The notes under the pieces: generated by a model | Databases searched by the model: none | What the model was told of the DNA's origin: nothing | Seen by the model: only the letters and a program-made list of their open reading frames with translations | Position numbers and translations under genes: made by a program | From: an uncultured bacterium | GTDB lineage: Bacteria; Omnitrophota; Omnitrophia; Omnitrophales; Abzuiibacteriaceae | Direction: 5' to 3' | Assembly (NCBI GenBank): GCA_964387845.1 | Contig: CAYLXA010000001.1 | Coordinates: 1-64,000 of the forward strand | Length of the DNA stretch: 64,000 nt | Shown: piece by piece, positions 56,283 to 64,000 of the stretch | Layout of the letters: the number at the start of each line of letters is the position of its first letter | How positions within the stretch are numbered: the first letter of the stretch is position 1

Positions 56283-58964
56283 TTATTTCAACTTTGCCCG
56301 AACGACTGCCTGTGCTGCCGCAAGGCGCGCGATCGGAACCCGGTACGGAGAACAGCTGACGTAATTCATGCCGATCCGGTCGCAAAATTCAACCGTCGCA
56401 GGATCGCCGCCGTGCTCACCGCAAATACCGACTTTCAGGTCTTTGCGGACCGAACGGCCGCGCTGAATGCCCCACTGAATGAGCTGGCCGATACCTTCTT
56501 GATCGATCGACTGGAACGGGTCCTTCTCCAGAATTCCTTTTTCGACATAAACCTTCAAAAAGTTAGCCGCGTCATCGCGCGAATAACCGAAAGTCATCTG
56601 CGTCAAGTCGTTGGTGCCGAATGAGAAAAACTCGGCTTCCTCGGCGATCTTATCCGCCACAATCGCCGCGCGCGGAATTTCGATCATCGTGCCGATTTTG
56701 TACTCGACTTTCTGCTTTTTCTCTTCGATCACTTCGTCGATCACTTTCTGCATGTCGGCCTTGAGGATTGTAAACTCCTTGATCGTTCCGACCAGAGGGA
56801 TCATGATCTCCGGAATCACCTTGATTCCCTTTTTCTTCATATTGCAGGCCGCTTCCATAATGGCGCGTGTCTGCATGTTATAAATTTCGGGATACGTGAT
56901 ACCGAGACGGCAACCGCGGTGCCCCAACATCGGGTTCATTTCATGAAGGAGCGCGACTTTGCGCTTCACGTCTTCCACCGATTTCCCGATTGATTTCGCG
57001 AGTTCCTGCTGCGCGGCTTCTTCGTGCGGCACAAACTCGTGGAGCGGCGGATCTAAGAGACGGATCGTGACCGGAAGGCCGTTCATTTCTTCAAAGATGC
57101 CTTCAAAGTCTTTCCGCTGCATCGGAAGCAATTTCGAAAGCGCAGCTTCGCGCCCTGCGGTGTCATCCGCCAAGATCATTTCACGGACGGCAACGATCCG
57201 GTCGCCTTCGAAGAACATATGCTCCGTACGGCAGAGCCCGATACCTTCGGCGCCGAACTTACGCGCGACGCGCGCATCGGTCGGTGTATCACCGTTTGTG
57301 CGAACACGCAAACGGCGCACCGCATCGGCCCATTTCATTAAGGTCCCAAAGTGTCCGCTCATCTCAGGTTCCAAAGTAGAAACTTGGCCGAGATAAACTT
57401 CGCCCAAAGATCCGTCCAAGGAAATGTAATCGCCTTCTTTTACGGTCACGCCGCCAGCCGTAAATTTCTTTCCGGCGTAATCAATATGAACATCACCGCA
57501 GCCTGCAACGCAGCAAGTACCCATGCCGCGCGCCACAACGGCCGCGTGCGACGTCATGCCGCCGCGGGCGGTCAAAATGCCTTCTGCTACGTGCATGCCG
57601 CCGATATCTTCCGGCGACGTTTCGATACGGACCAAAATCACTTTTTCCTTCTTTTGTTTGACCCACTCTTCCGCTACATCGGCGTCAAACACGACTTTGC
57701 CGGTCGCTGCGCCCGGAGATGCCGGAAGGCCTTTTGCGATTTTGTTTTTCTTTTCTTTGGGGTCAAAGCGGGGATGGAGCAACTGATCAAGCTGCGCAGG
57801 CTGAACTCGAAGGAGCCCTTGCGATTGCGTGAGCATTTTCTCTTTCACCATTTCAACCGCGATGCGGACTGCCGCGTGAGCCGTGCGCTTTCCGTTTCGG
57901 GTTTGAAGGATGTAGAGCTTTCCTTCTTGGATCGTGAATTCAATGTCCTGCATGTCGCGGTAATGCTTTTCGAGCCGTTCGCGAAATTTGCAGAGCTGCT
58001 TATAGATTTCCGGGTTTTGGCTTTTGAGCTGCGACAAAGGCTCGGGTGTCCGGATACCGGCCACGACGTCTTCGCCTTGCGCATTCATCAAATATTCCCC
58101 GTAAAACACATTTTCACCGGTGGAAGGATCGCGCGAAAAACAAACGCCCGTTCCGGAGGTGTCGCCCATGTTGCCGAACACCATCGACTGAACGTTGACG
58201 GCCGTTCCGAGAAGCCCGCGGATTTCATTGAGTTCGCGGTATTTCAAAGCGCGCGGATTGTTCCACGAATTAAACACGGCGTTGATTGATTTTTGAAGCT
58301 GGAGCCATGGATCGTTCGGAAATTCCTCGCCCGTTTTTTCCTGGTAGATTTTTTTATACTGACGGACAACTTCTTTTAAATCATTGGCGTTGAGGTCGGT
58401 ATCGAGCTTGGTGCCGGCCTTATGCTTGATTTTTTCGAGAATGTGTTCGAAATCATCGTGCGAAACGCCCATCACGACGTTGCCGAACATTTGAATAAAA
58501 CGCCGGTAAGAATCCCACGCGAAACGCTCATTCTCGGTTTTGATAATGAGGCCTTGCACCACTTCGGAAGTGAGGCCCAAATTTAAAATCGTGTCCATCA
58601 TGCCCGGCATCGAAACCGCCGCGCCGGAGCGCACAGAGACAAGCAAAGGATTGTCGCGGCTTCCGAACTTGGCACCCATCGTGCTTTCAAGCTTTTCGAT
58701 GTTGGCTTTCACCTGCGCTTCAAGACCTTCCGGCCATTTGCGCCCGGCTTCATAAAATAAATGACAAGCTTCGGTGCTGATTGTAAATCCTGCGGGAACC
58801 GGAATGCCGAGATTGGTCATTTCCGCGAGGTTGGCGCCTTTTCCGCCAAGGAGGAGTTTTAATTTTGCATCGCCTTCGGCTTTTCCGCCGCCGAAGAAAT
58901 AAACATGCTTTTTGTTCTTGGTTTTTGAGTTTGACTTCGATTTTGACTTGGTCATGGTAGACAT
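56283..58964 (-). CDS. ppdK: Pyruvate, phosphate dikinase
   Basis: 893 aa with the PEP-utilising enzyme phosphohistidine motif 'GGMTSHAAVVARGMG', an N-terminal ATP-grasp and a C-terminal TIM-barrel PEP domain. Confidence 0.9.
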   Translation of the reverse strand: MSTMTKSKSKSNSKTKNKKHVYFFGGGKAEGDAKLKLLLGGKGANLAEMTNLGIPVPAGFTISTEACHLFYEAGRKWPEGLEAQVKANIEKLESTMGAKFGSRDNPLLVSVRSGAAVSMPGMMDTILNLGLTSEVVQGLIIKTENERFAWDSYRRFIQMFGNVVMGVSHDDFEHILEKIKHKAGTKLDTDLNANDLKEVVRQYKKIYQEKTGEEFPNDPWLQLQKSINAVFNSWNNPRALKYRELNEIRGLLGTAVNVQSMVFGNMGDTSGTGVCFSRDPSTGENVFYGEYLMNAQGEDVVAGIRTPEPLSQLKSQNPEIYKQLCKFRERLEKHYRDMQDIEFTIQEGKLYILQTRNGKRTAHAAVRIAVEMVKEKMLTQSQGLLRVQPAQLDQLLHPRFDPKEKKNKIAKGLPASPGAATGKVVFDADVAEEWVKQKKEKVILVRIETSPEDIGGMHVAEGILTARGGMTSHAAVVARGMGTCCVAGCGDVHIDYAGKKFTAGGVTVKEGDYISLDGSLGEVYLGQVSTLEPEMSGHFGTLMKWADAVRRLRVRTNGDTPTDARVARKFGAEGIGLCRTEHMFFEGDRIVAVREMILADDTAGREAALSKLLPMQRKDFEGIFEEMNGLPVTIRLLDPPLHEFVPHEEAAQQELAKSIGKSVEDVKRKVALLHEMNPMLGHRGCRLGITYPEIYNMQTRAIMEAACNMKKKGIKVIPEIMIPLVGTIKEFTILKADMQKVIDEVIEEKKQKVEYKIGTMIEIPRAAIVADKIAEEAEFFSFGTNDLTQMTFGYSRDDAANFLKVYVEKGILEKDPFQSIDQEGIGQLIQWGIQRGRSVRKDLKVGICGEHGGDPATVEFCDRIGMNYVSCSPYRVPIARLAAAQAVVRAKLK

Positions 58965-59084
58965 TCTATCTCCTTTAAATTCAACTAGTTACGCTATATT
59001 ATATATTGCGGAAAGTCAGGTATTGTAGCACATCCACAGATAAAAACCACTGTTTTGTAGACATGTTTTGCGGAGCTGCCGTTT

Positions 59085-59386
59085 GTACATTTTAACAGCG
59101 AAGACCTCAGCTGAGACGCGTCTGAAGGCTCGAGCGGGCATGGGGGGGCGGCAAGGGATATCTTCCGGCACCGGCAGTTCGGCTCTTCCTGCGAGAGCCG
59201 CCTGCCTCGGCGCTCACCGTTTGAATCCCGCCAGAAACGGCGGGAGCCAAGCTTCAAACGGTTGCGCGACGTGCCTACAGATATTCCTTGCCGCCGAGTG
59301 AGAGCCGGAAGTCGAGTGAAGACTTGCCTCGCCGGGGCAAGTCGAGCGTCGGCGAAGCTGAGAGTCTGAGCAAAGTTAAAATGTGC
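59085..59386. repeat. GC-rich ~300-nt repeat element with terminal inverted repeats (copy Y)
   Basis: It starts 'gtacattttaacagcgaagacctcagctgag' and ends 'gtctgagcaaagttaaaatgtgc'. It is homologous to 15894-16187 in the same orientation. Confidence 0.6.
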
Positions 59387-59425
59387 GGGCGCTAGTTCTG
59401 CAGAAAAGTTTTTAGGGTGTGAAAA

Positions 59426-60469
59426 CTACTTGAGCGTCGCGAAAACTTCGCGGTTGGTGGGATACTTGGCGAGCGCTTCTATTAATGTTTTCATGGCTTC
59501 CGGCGGGTTTAGATCGGCGAGTGTATGGCGGATTTTTGCGATTTGTTCGCGCTCTTCTGCGCCAAGCAAAAGTTCTTCTTTGCGCGTACCGCTTTTCGAA
59601 ATATCAACTGCCGGAAAAATGCGCCGGCTCGAGATGTCGCGCGATAAATAAATTTCCATATTCCCCGTTCCCTTGAATTCTTCAAAGATCACTTGGTCCA
59701 TCCGTGAGCCGGTGTCGACCAAAATGGTCGCAAGAATCGTGAGCGATCCTCCGTTTTCGATTTTGCGCGCGGCGCCAAAAATCCGGCGCGGCGTTTCAAG
59801 CGCCCGCGCGTCCACGCCGCCCGAAAGCGTGCGGCCGCTATTACGCTGCTCGGCATTATGAACACGCGCAAGCCGCGTCAGCGAATCCACGAGCAGCACA
59901 ACATCTTTGCCGGCCGCGGTTTCTTCGAAGATTTGCTGCATCAGCGCATTCGCCGTTTCAATATGATGTTCCTGTGATTCGTCAAGTGACGAAGAACGGA
60001 CTTCCGCCGGCACGCTGCGTTTAAAATCGGTGACTTCTTCCGGCCGTTCATTAACGAGCAGGCAATAAAGTTTTGCATTGGGAGAGCATTTGGAAATCGC
60101 GACACAGAGATGTTTCAGAAATGTGGTTTTCCCAGATCCCGGAGGCGCCACGATGAGTCCGCGCTGGCCAAATCCGATCGGACAAATCAGGTCCATCACA
60201 CGCATTGTCATCTCACTTGATCCGTCTTCAAGCCGAATTCTAGGGGACGGATCAATCGCGGTCCCTGCAAGGAACTTTTTCTCCGCTTCACCGGGTTGCA
60301 ACTTCGGACGAGATTTCAAATCTCGCCGAATAGCACTCGAATCATAAGGATTCGAGTGGCGGCGGGACGACGGTTGCTGCCCGCGTTGGCGCGAATCATT
60401 CGGATTCAAGCGGTACGGTTGGTCATAACGATTGTTAGAACGATTATTGGAACGATTGTCTCTTCTCAT
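59426..60469 (-). CDS. rho: Transcription termination factor Rho, short form lacking the canonical N-terminal OB-fold domain
   Basis: The C-terminal RecA-like ATPase is colinear with E. coli Rho from about residue 127 ('[11 protein letters not shown]', '[13 protein letters not shown]', '[39 protein letters not shown]'). The first ~65 aa are R/N/Q/S-rich low complexity. Confidence 0.85.
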   Translation of the reverse strand: MRRDNRSNNRSNNRYDQPYRLNPNDSRQRGQQPSSRRHSNPYDSSAIRRDLKSRPKLQPGEAEKKFLAGTAIDPSPRIRLEDGSSEMTMRVMDLICPIGFGQRGLIVAPPGSGKTTFLKHLCVAISKCSPNAKLYCLLVNERPEEVTDFKRSVPAEVRSSSLDESQEHHIETANALMQQIFEETAAGKDVVLLVDSLTRLARVHNAEQRNSGRTLSGGVDARALETPRRIFGAARKIENGGSLTILATILVDTGSRMDQVIFEEFKGTGNMEIYLSRDISSRRIFPAVDISKSGTRKEELLLGAEEREQIAKIRHTLADLNPPEAMKTLIEALAKYPTNREVFATLK

Positions 60470-60517
60470 AATGTATTAATTTGCAGAAGCATATGCCGGA
60501 ATACGGCCGAAGACGGA

Positions 60518-60742
60518 TTAGGAAATAATTCTTTCGTTTTGGGCAATTTGGAATGCTTTATTGGTCGCATCAAACCGGTCAGAAAATTCCACGCCCTCTT
60601 CACGCATTTTAACCATCAGCAGTTCATGATATTTGGTTCTAAGCGCATTCATTTGATCCTTGGCATGATGTTCTTCTTCAGGAATTTCCCGCTCCGCTTT
60701 GACCAAATCCGTATAGATCTTGGCGAGTTCAACTAAACTCAT
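60518..60742 (-). CDS. Hypothetical small helical protein (74 aa)
   Basis: An ORF with no recognisable motif, tightly packed between rho and an SRPBCC gene. Confidence 0.3.
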   Translation of the reverse strand: MSLVELAKIYTDLVKAEREIPEEEHHAKDQMNALRTKYHELLMVKMREEGVEFSDRFDATNKAFQIAQNERIIS

Positions 60743-60752
60743 AATTCCCTAT

Positions 60753-61235
60753 TTACGATCCTGCCCGCTTAATCCTTAATCCTAAAACAGATTCCAGGCG
60801 GTCAAAATTTTCCCCGGTCGCTTGAGAGAGAAAGGCCTTGAGCTTGGCGTTATCCGGTTTGGCATCAAACAGCATCCGCCAGGTCATTTCGGTTTTGCCG
60901 GCGCGCTCCGCGAGCGTGATCGTCATGTAATACCACGGCTGTTTGTGTTCATAAACTATTTTCTCCTCCGGCACGATTTCAAGGAATGTTGATTCGTTGT
61001 TAAAATCCTTGCCGTCAGGACCGTGCATCACAAAAATCCATTTGCCTCCGGGCTTGAATTCAAATGTTTGAAACGTGTTCGTAAAACCTTTCGGCCCCCA
61101 CCATTTGGCAAGTTGTTTGGGATCAGTGAACGCTTCAAACACGCGTTCGCGCGACGCATCAAACACACGCGCCGTGATCACTTCCAGTTCCGGTAGTTTT
61201 GATTTCATAGGTTTTAACACTTCTTTCGCCGGCAA
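60753..61235 (-). CDS. SRPBCC-superfamily (AHSA1/START-like) protein
   Basis: 'WWGPKGFT...FEFKPGGKWIFVMHGPDGKDF' matches the Aha1-C/polyketide-cyclase-like fold family. Confidence 0.6.
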   Translation of the reverse strand: MPAKEVLKPMKSKLPELEVITARVFDASRERVFEAFTDPKQLAKWWGPKGFTNTFQTFEFKPGGKWIFVMHGPDGKDFNNESTFLEIVPEEKIVYEHKQPWYYMTITLAERAGKTEMTWRMLFDAKPDNAKLKAFLSQATGENFDRLESVLGLRIKRAGS

Positions 61236-61238
61236 ACG

Positions 61239-61763
61239 CTAAACAATTTGTTCGACGACGGAACTGCGCGCAATGTCGCCGGGAGAAGTGGTTTCGGATT
61301 TTCCGATTTGGGGCGCGATATCGAGTTTCGATGTGTTAAACGCTTCCCACACGAGTTCGCTGCAGAAATAATCTTTGTCTTTCTGAAATGAATTGTGCAT
61401 CTTAAGCGCTCCGAATGTGAGCAGGCTTCCCGCTTTCATCAGGCCGAGTGAAATCACACCGCCCCAATCATACGGCGCGCCGAGATGGTTCACCAAATAG
61501 GAAATGACTTTCTCAGGGTCAAATTTGTGCGCACTTTTGATGCGGAACAAATCAACGGAAGATTCTTGGAGTTTGCGCAGGTCAAATGCCCGGACGCCGG
61601 CCTGATGCCCCGTGTTGGACTCAATCCCCAAATTCATTTCCGGGTTTACGACCACCGCCACGTGATTATATTTACTCGAGGTTCCGAATTGAATGAGCCA
61701 ACTATTAAATCCAGTGCCTTTGTATAATAAGATATCGCACGATTTGAGTTTGGAGGTGTCCAC
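61239..61763 (-). CDS. YiiX/YaeF (peptidase C92) permuted papain-fold hydrolase family protein
   Basis: 'CDILLYKG...YNHVAVVV' and later 'YDW...YFCSELVWEAF' match the C92 pattern. Confidence 0.45.
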   Translation of the reverse strand: MDTSKLKSCDILLYKGTGFNSWLIQFGTSSKYNHVAVVVNPEMNLGIESNTGHQAGVRAFDLRKLQESSVDLFRIKSAHKFDPEKVISYLVNHLGAPYDWGGVISLGLMKAGSLLTFGALKMHNSFQKDKDYFCSELVWEAFNTSKLDIAPQIGKSETTSPGDIARSSVVEQIV

Positions 61764-61765
61764 GA

Positions 61766-61957
61766 TTAATCAGCTTTTTTGCAGCCCGAATCACAGCCCG
61801 TGAAGTGGCGCAAAATGCACCAGCCGAAAATGCCTTCCGCAACCGGTACCAGACCGATCAAACCCCAGAAACTTTGATAATGATAACCAATTCCCAAAAT
61901 GCCGAGCCCGATTATAACCCTCGCCGCGCGGCCCGCCAGTCCGATATTTTTTTTCAT
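61766..61957 (-). CDS. DUF2892 (YgaP C-terminal-like) small inner-membrane protein
   Basis: 'RVIIGLGILGIG...GLIGLVPVAEGIFGWCILRHFTGC' matches the DUF2892 pattern. Confidence 0.5.
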   Translation of the reverse strand: MKKNIGLAGRAARVIIGLGILGIGYHYQSFWGLIGLVPVAEGIFGWCILRHFTGCDSGCKKAD

Positions 61958-62116
61958 AATGATTGCCTCCGATGCTCAGCTACATTAAAGCTACCCGCAG
62001 AATATCAATTGAAGCTGAGTATCGCCCCTAGGAGCGTTTTTCAGCGACGTGGGGCTACCTTAATTTAAAGTACCTGCTATCCGTAACGAGGCCAACCTTG
62101 AGCCTCGCGCGGAAGC

Positions 62117-62201
62117 ACTCACGCATTAAGCGTGAGCGTCCCCTTTTTTGGTGCCTGGTACTGTCTTACATAGAATCATTTCATCCTGGCACCGTCTTTT
62201 T
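62117..62201 (+). terminator. Two tandem plus-strand intrinsic terminators in a minus-strand gene neighbourhood
   Basis: 'ctcacgc-attaa-gcgtgag-cgtcccctttttt' and 'ggtgcctgg...cctggcacc-gtcttttta'. U-tracts follow the hairpins only on the plus strand. Confidence 0.45.
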
Positions 62202-63105
62202 ATCCCCCGCTTGAACGTGGGGGCACCAGCGCTCCGAACCCACCTGCAGCGGCTCTGCGAAACGCAGAATTTTCAAATAAAGAAAAACTGCTCAGAACCG
62301 TTTTACGCGACTGAACATGATAGGACTCCGGCCTATCAAGAGCTGCCGCTGAAACTTTAAAGATCTGGATTCCTTCACTCGCTAGCGCGCATAAATAGGG
62401 ATTCAAATCATCAGTTTCAACATTTGGATTAAAATTTAGTAAATCACTTTTAATATAATAGATTTGGTAGATACCATGTTGTTTGAAATACTTCGCGGGT
62501 GGTAAATCTTCTTCACTCAGAAAGTATCGATTATCAAAATCATTCTCATTCGGCATGCGATTGCCCAGCCGGCCGCAATCCACCATAAAAAACGGAGGGC
62601 TTTGGCTCGTTAATTTTGAACCGCCCGAAGCCATTTGTGGCGCTAACGCTAGCAAGCTCACTAAAATAGATTCGCAATTGACCAAACCTCTCCAATCTGG
62701 CCAATTGTTAAAAAGCGCCACAGGCTGAAAGCCATAACGGTCTGCAAAATGAGCCGCCAAAATCACAGACTCATCCTGGGACATGTCTGCGATGATTGCC
62801 ACTCCCTGCGAAACCCAATTCAGGGCAGTTAAACTTGTGAGGCGATCTTGAAAAGATCGAGAGAGAATAACCTTGCCCGTCGCGGCAAGCTGCTTATTAC
62901 TGTCGAGACTCGCGAAAAGAGTGGCTTTGTTATAGGGAAACCAAGGGCTATCGGGCCGCGGGGACCAAGCTTTAAAAAGAGTCTCTGCTTTCCACTCGCC
63001 CGCCTGAGCACTCATAACGGCACGTTTAGCGTAAAGGTTACGATGCGGAAATCTCCCCAGCGCGTCAAGAAAGTTTAATAATAGTTGCAACATCCATCGC
63101 CTCAT
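62200..63105 (-). CDS. Hypothetical protein (301 aa), possibly co-transcribed with the GspS-like ATP-grasp gene
   Basis: No recognisable motifs. It overlaps the upstream GspS-like ORF by about 40 nt. Confidence 0.3.
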   Translation of the reverse strand: MRRWMLQLLLNFLDALGRFPHRNLYAKRAVMSAQAGEWKAETLFKAWSPRPDSPWFPYNKATLFASLDSNKQLAATGKVILSRSFQDRLTSLTALNWVSQGVAIIADMSQDESVILAAHFADRYGFQPVALFNNWPDWRGLVNCESILVSLLALAPQMASGGSKLTSQSPPFFMVDCGRLGNRMPNENDFDNRYFLSEEDLPPAKYFKQHGIYQIYYIKSDLLNFNPNVETDDLNPYLCALASEGIQIFKVSAAALDRPESYHVQSRKTVLSSFSLFENSAFRRAAAGGFGALVPPRSSGG

Positions 63106-63943
63106 ACGTGGTTAAAGGAGTTAATGATGCTCTTGTAAAATAACCCGAAAAGCGTCCGTTGATTACAAAAACACCGACGCAAGGATAGCAGTTCGCCAAA
63201 GAAAACTGAACGGGCGCGATATCAAAGCATTCCTGAACGGCATATTGCTCAGGTTTTTTAGACGCGAGGCCGAGGTTTTTTTGCCACTCTTCACTTGTTT
63301 GCAGTTTACCGATACAGACATCATATCCCATTCTTCCGAAAATCGGTTTCAACACCCAACGATCTTTTTCCTCCATATACGCCGGGATTCTCTCCAGCGA
63401 AAAAGGTTCGGTATACGGAATGAAATTTAAACTTGAAGTTGCATCATCCGCCGGAAATAAATGACGCGACTCTTTGTGAAGTACAGCGAAAAAGTTTTTG
63501 CTTTGCGAAATGATCGTGGAAAGCGGGTTGATCATTTGTAAATTTTTTAAGCGAAGCGCGCTTTTCCAATCGGACCTGTTCGGAAGCGCCGAAAACCATT
63601 CCACCGGATAAACTCGATAAATAGCGTCCTGGGGCTCATTCCAGACAGTGGCCTTGTTGCGGGAAGCTCTTAAATGCGAAGGCGAAGCTAAAACAACCTT
63701 CAAGAATGACTGCAAATGGTCTTTCAGAAATAAACAAACCTGTAAATCCTCGGCGTAGGCAGTTCCGTAAATCATAGCCAGCGAACGCAAGTTCTGGGCC
63801 CGAATCGCGCGAACAAAATTTTCGGTCACCGAATCCGGTATATCATACTGCCCCGATCCTTGCCAAGACCGCAGGGCCAATTCGTGCATAAAACCCGACT
63901 CATTGAAGCCGGATGGTACGTCGTTGTTGATTTCGGAAATCAT
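63065..63943 (-). CDS. Glutathionylspermidine-synthase-like (YgiC/YjfC-type) ATP-grasp protein; the N-terminus may extend beyond the window
   Basis: 'WVLKPIFGRMGYDVCIG', 'YAVQECFDI', 'YPCVGVFVINGRFSGYFTRAS' are colinear with the C-terminal half of E. coli YgiC. Confidence 0.55.
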   Translation of the reverse strand: MISEINNDVPSGFNESGFMHELALRSWQGSGQYDIPDSVTENFVRAIRAQNLRSLAMIYGTAYAEDLQVCLFLKDHLQSFLKVVLASPSHLRASRNKATVWNEPQDAIYRVYPVEWFSALPNRSDWKSALRLKNLQMINPLSTIISQSKNFFAVLHKESRHLFPADDATSSLNFIPYTEPFSLERIPAYMEEKDRWVLKPIFGRMGYDVCIGKLQTSEEWQKNLGLASKKPEQYAVQECFDIAPVQFSLANCYPCVGVFVINGRFSGYFTRASLTPLTTYEAMDVATIIKLS

Positions 63944-64000
63944 CCATCGACCATCCGTCGTTTTGAAGAAATCATACCGGGCAATTTCAAGACCTGATTT

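Noticed and set aside
59085-59386. Considered that the two GC-rich ~300-nt elements encode a small protein (ORFs 58994..59257 on the minus strand and 59068..59301 on the plus strand).
   Set aside because: The two copies differ by frame-disrupting indels and share no consistent reading frame. Conservation is at the nucleotide and secondary-structure level.
60518-60742. Considered the 74-aa ORF upstream of rho as a split-off Rho N-terminal domain.
   Set aside because: The sequence is predicted all-helical. It lacks the OB-fold/CSD motifs of Rho's RNA-binding domain (no FGFLR / RRFNLR-like segments).

Overview
This 64-kb window is a chromosomal segment from a diderm (Gram-negative-type) bacterium: lpxA, a TonB/ExbBD system with a TonB-dependent receptor, and an FTR1 iron permease are present. 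GC content is moderate (~50%) and almost every gene lies on the minus strand. Most of the content is housekeeping:
- punA–yggT–proC–yggS
- tyrS, trpS, gltX, rpsA, fabF, lpxA
- an aromatic-amino-acid block (pheA–hisC–DAHP synthase–tyrA)
- scpAB
- xseAB–ispA–dxs–nadK
- ppdK, rho, a sigma-70 gene, apt
- a Fur-headed iron-uptake operon
- a fused indolepyruvate:ferredoxin oxidoreductase

The non-housekeeping content is more unusual.
1. Two paralogous GspG/type-IV-pilin-like genes with Cys-rich C-terminal modules flank manC/manB. One ends in a complete Hint (intein-like, BIL-type) autoprocessing domain. The other is preceded by what looks like a c-di-GMP-I (GEMM) riboswitch with a terminator expression platform.
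2. Two tRNA loci (Leu-GAG and Arg-CCT) each carry a second, degenerate tRNA copy. In both, the D-loop is interrupted by a ~105-nt double-hairpin element with covarying stems and a conserved loop motif.
3. There are at least four further non-coding repeat families:
- a 28-nt palindrome present 4 times in 4 kb, once in-frame inside yggS
- a ~300-nt GC-rich element with terminal inverted repeats present twice, with compensatory hairpin changes
- a 62-nt palindrome present twice
- a CCCTCTCCC hairpin family present twice
4. Rho lacks its canonical N-terminal OB-fold domain, and the sigma factor has a poly-Lys N-terminus.

No CRISPR array, rRNA or obvious transposase/integrase gene is present.
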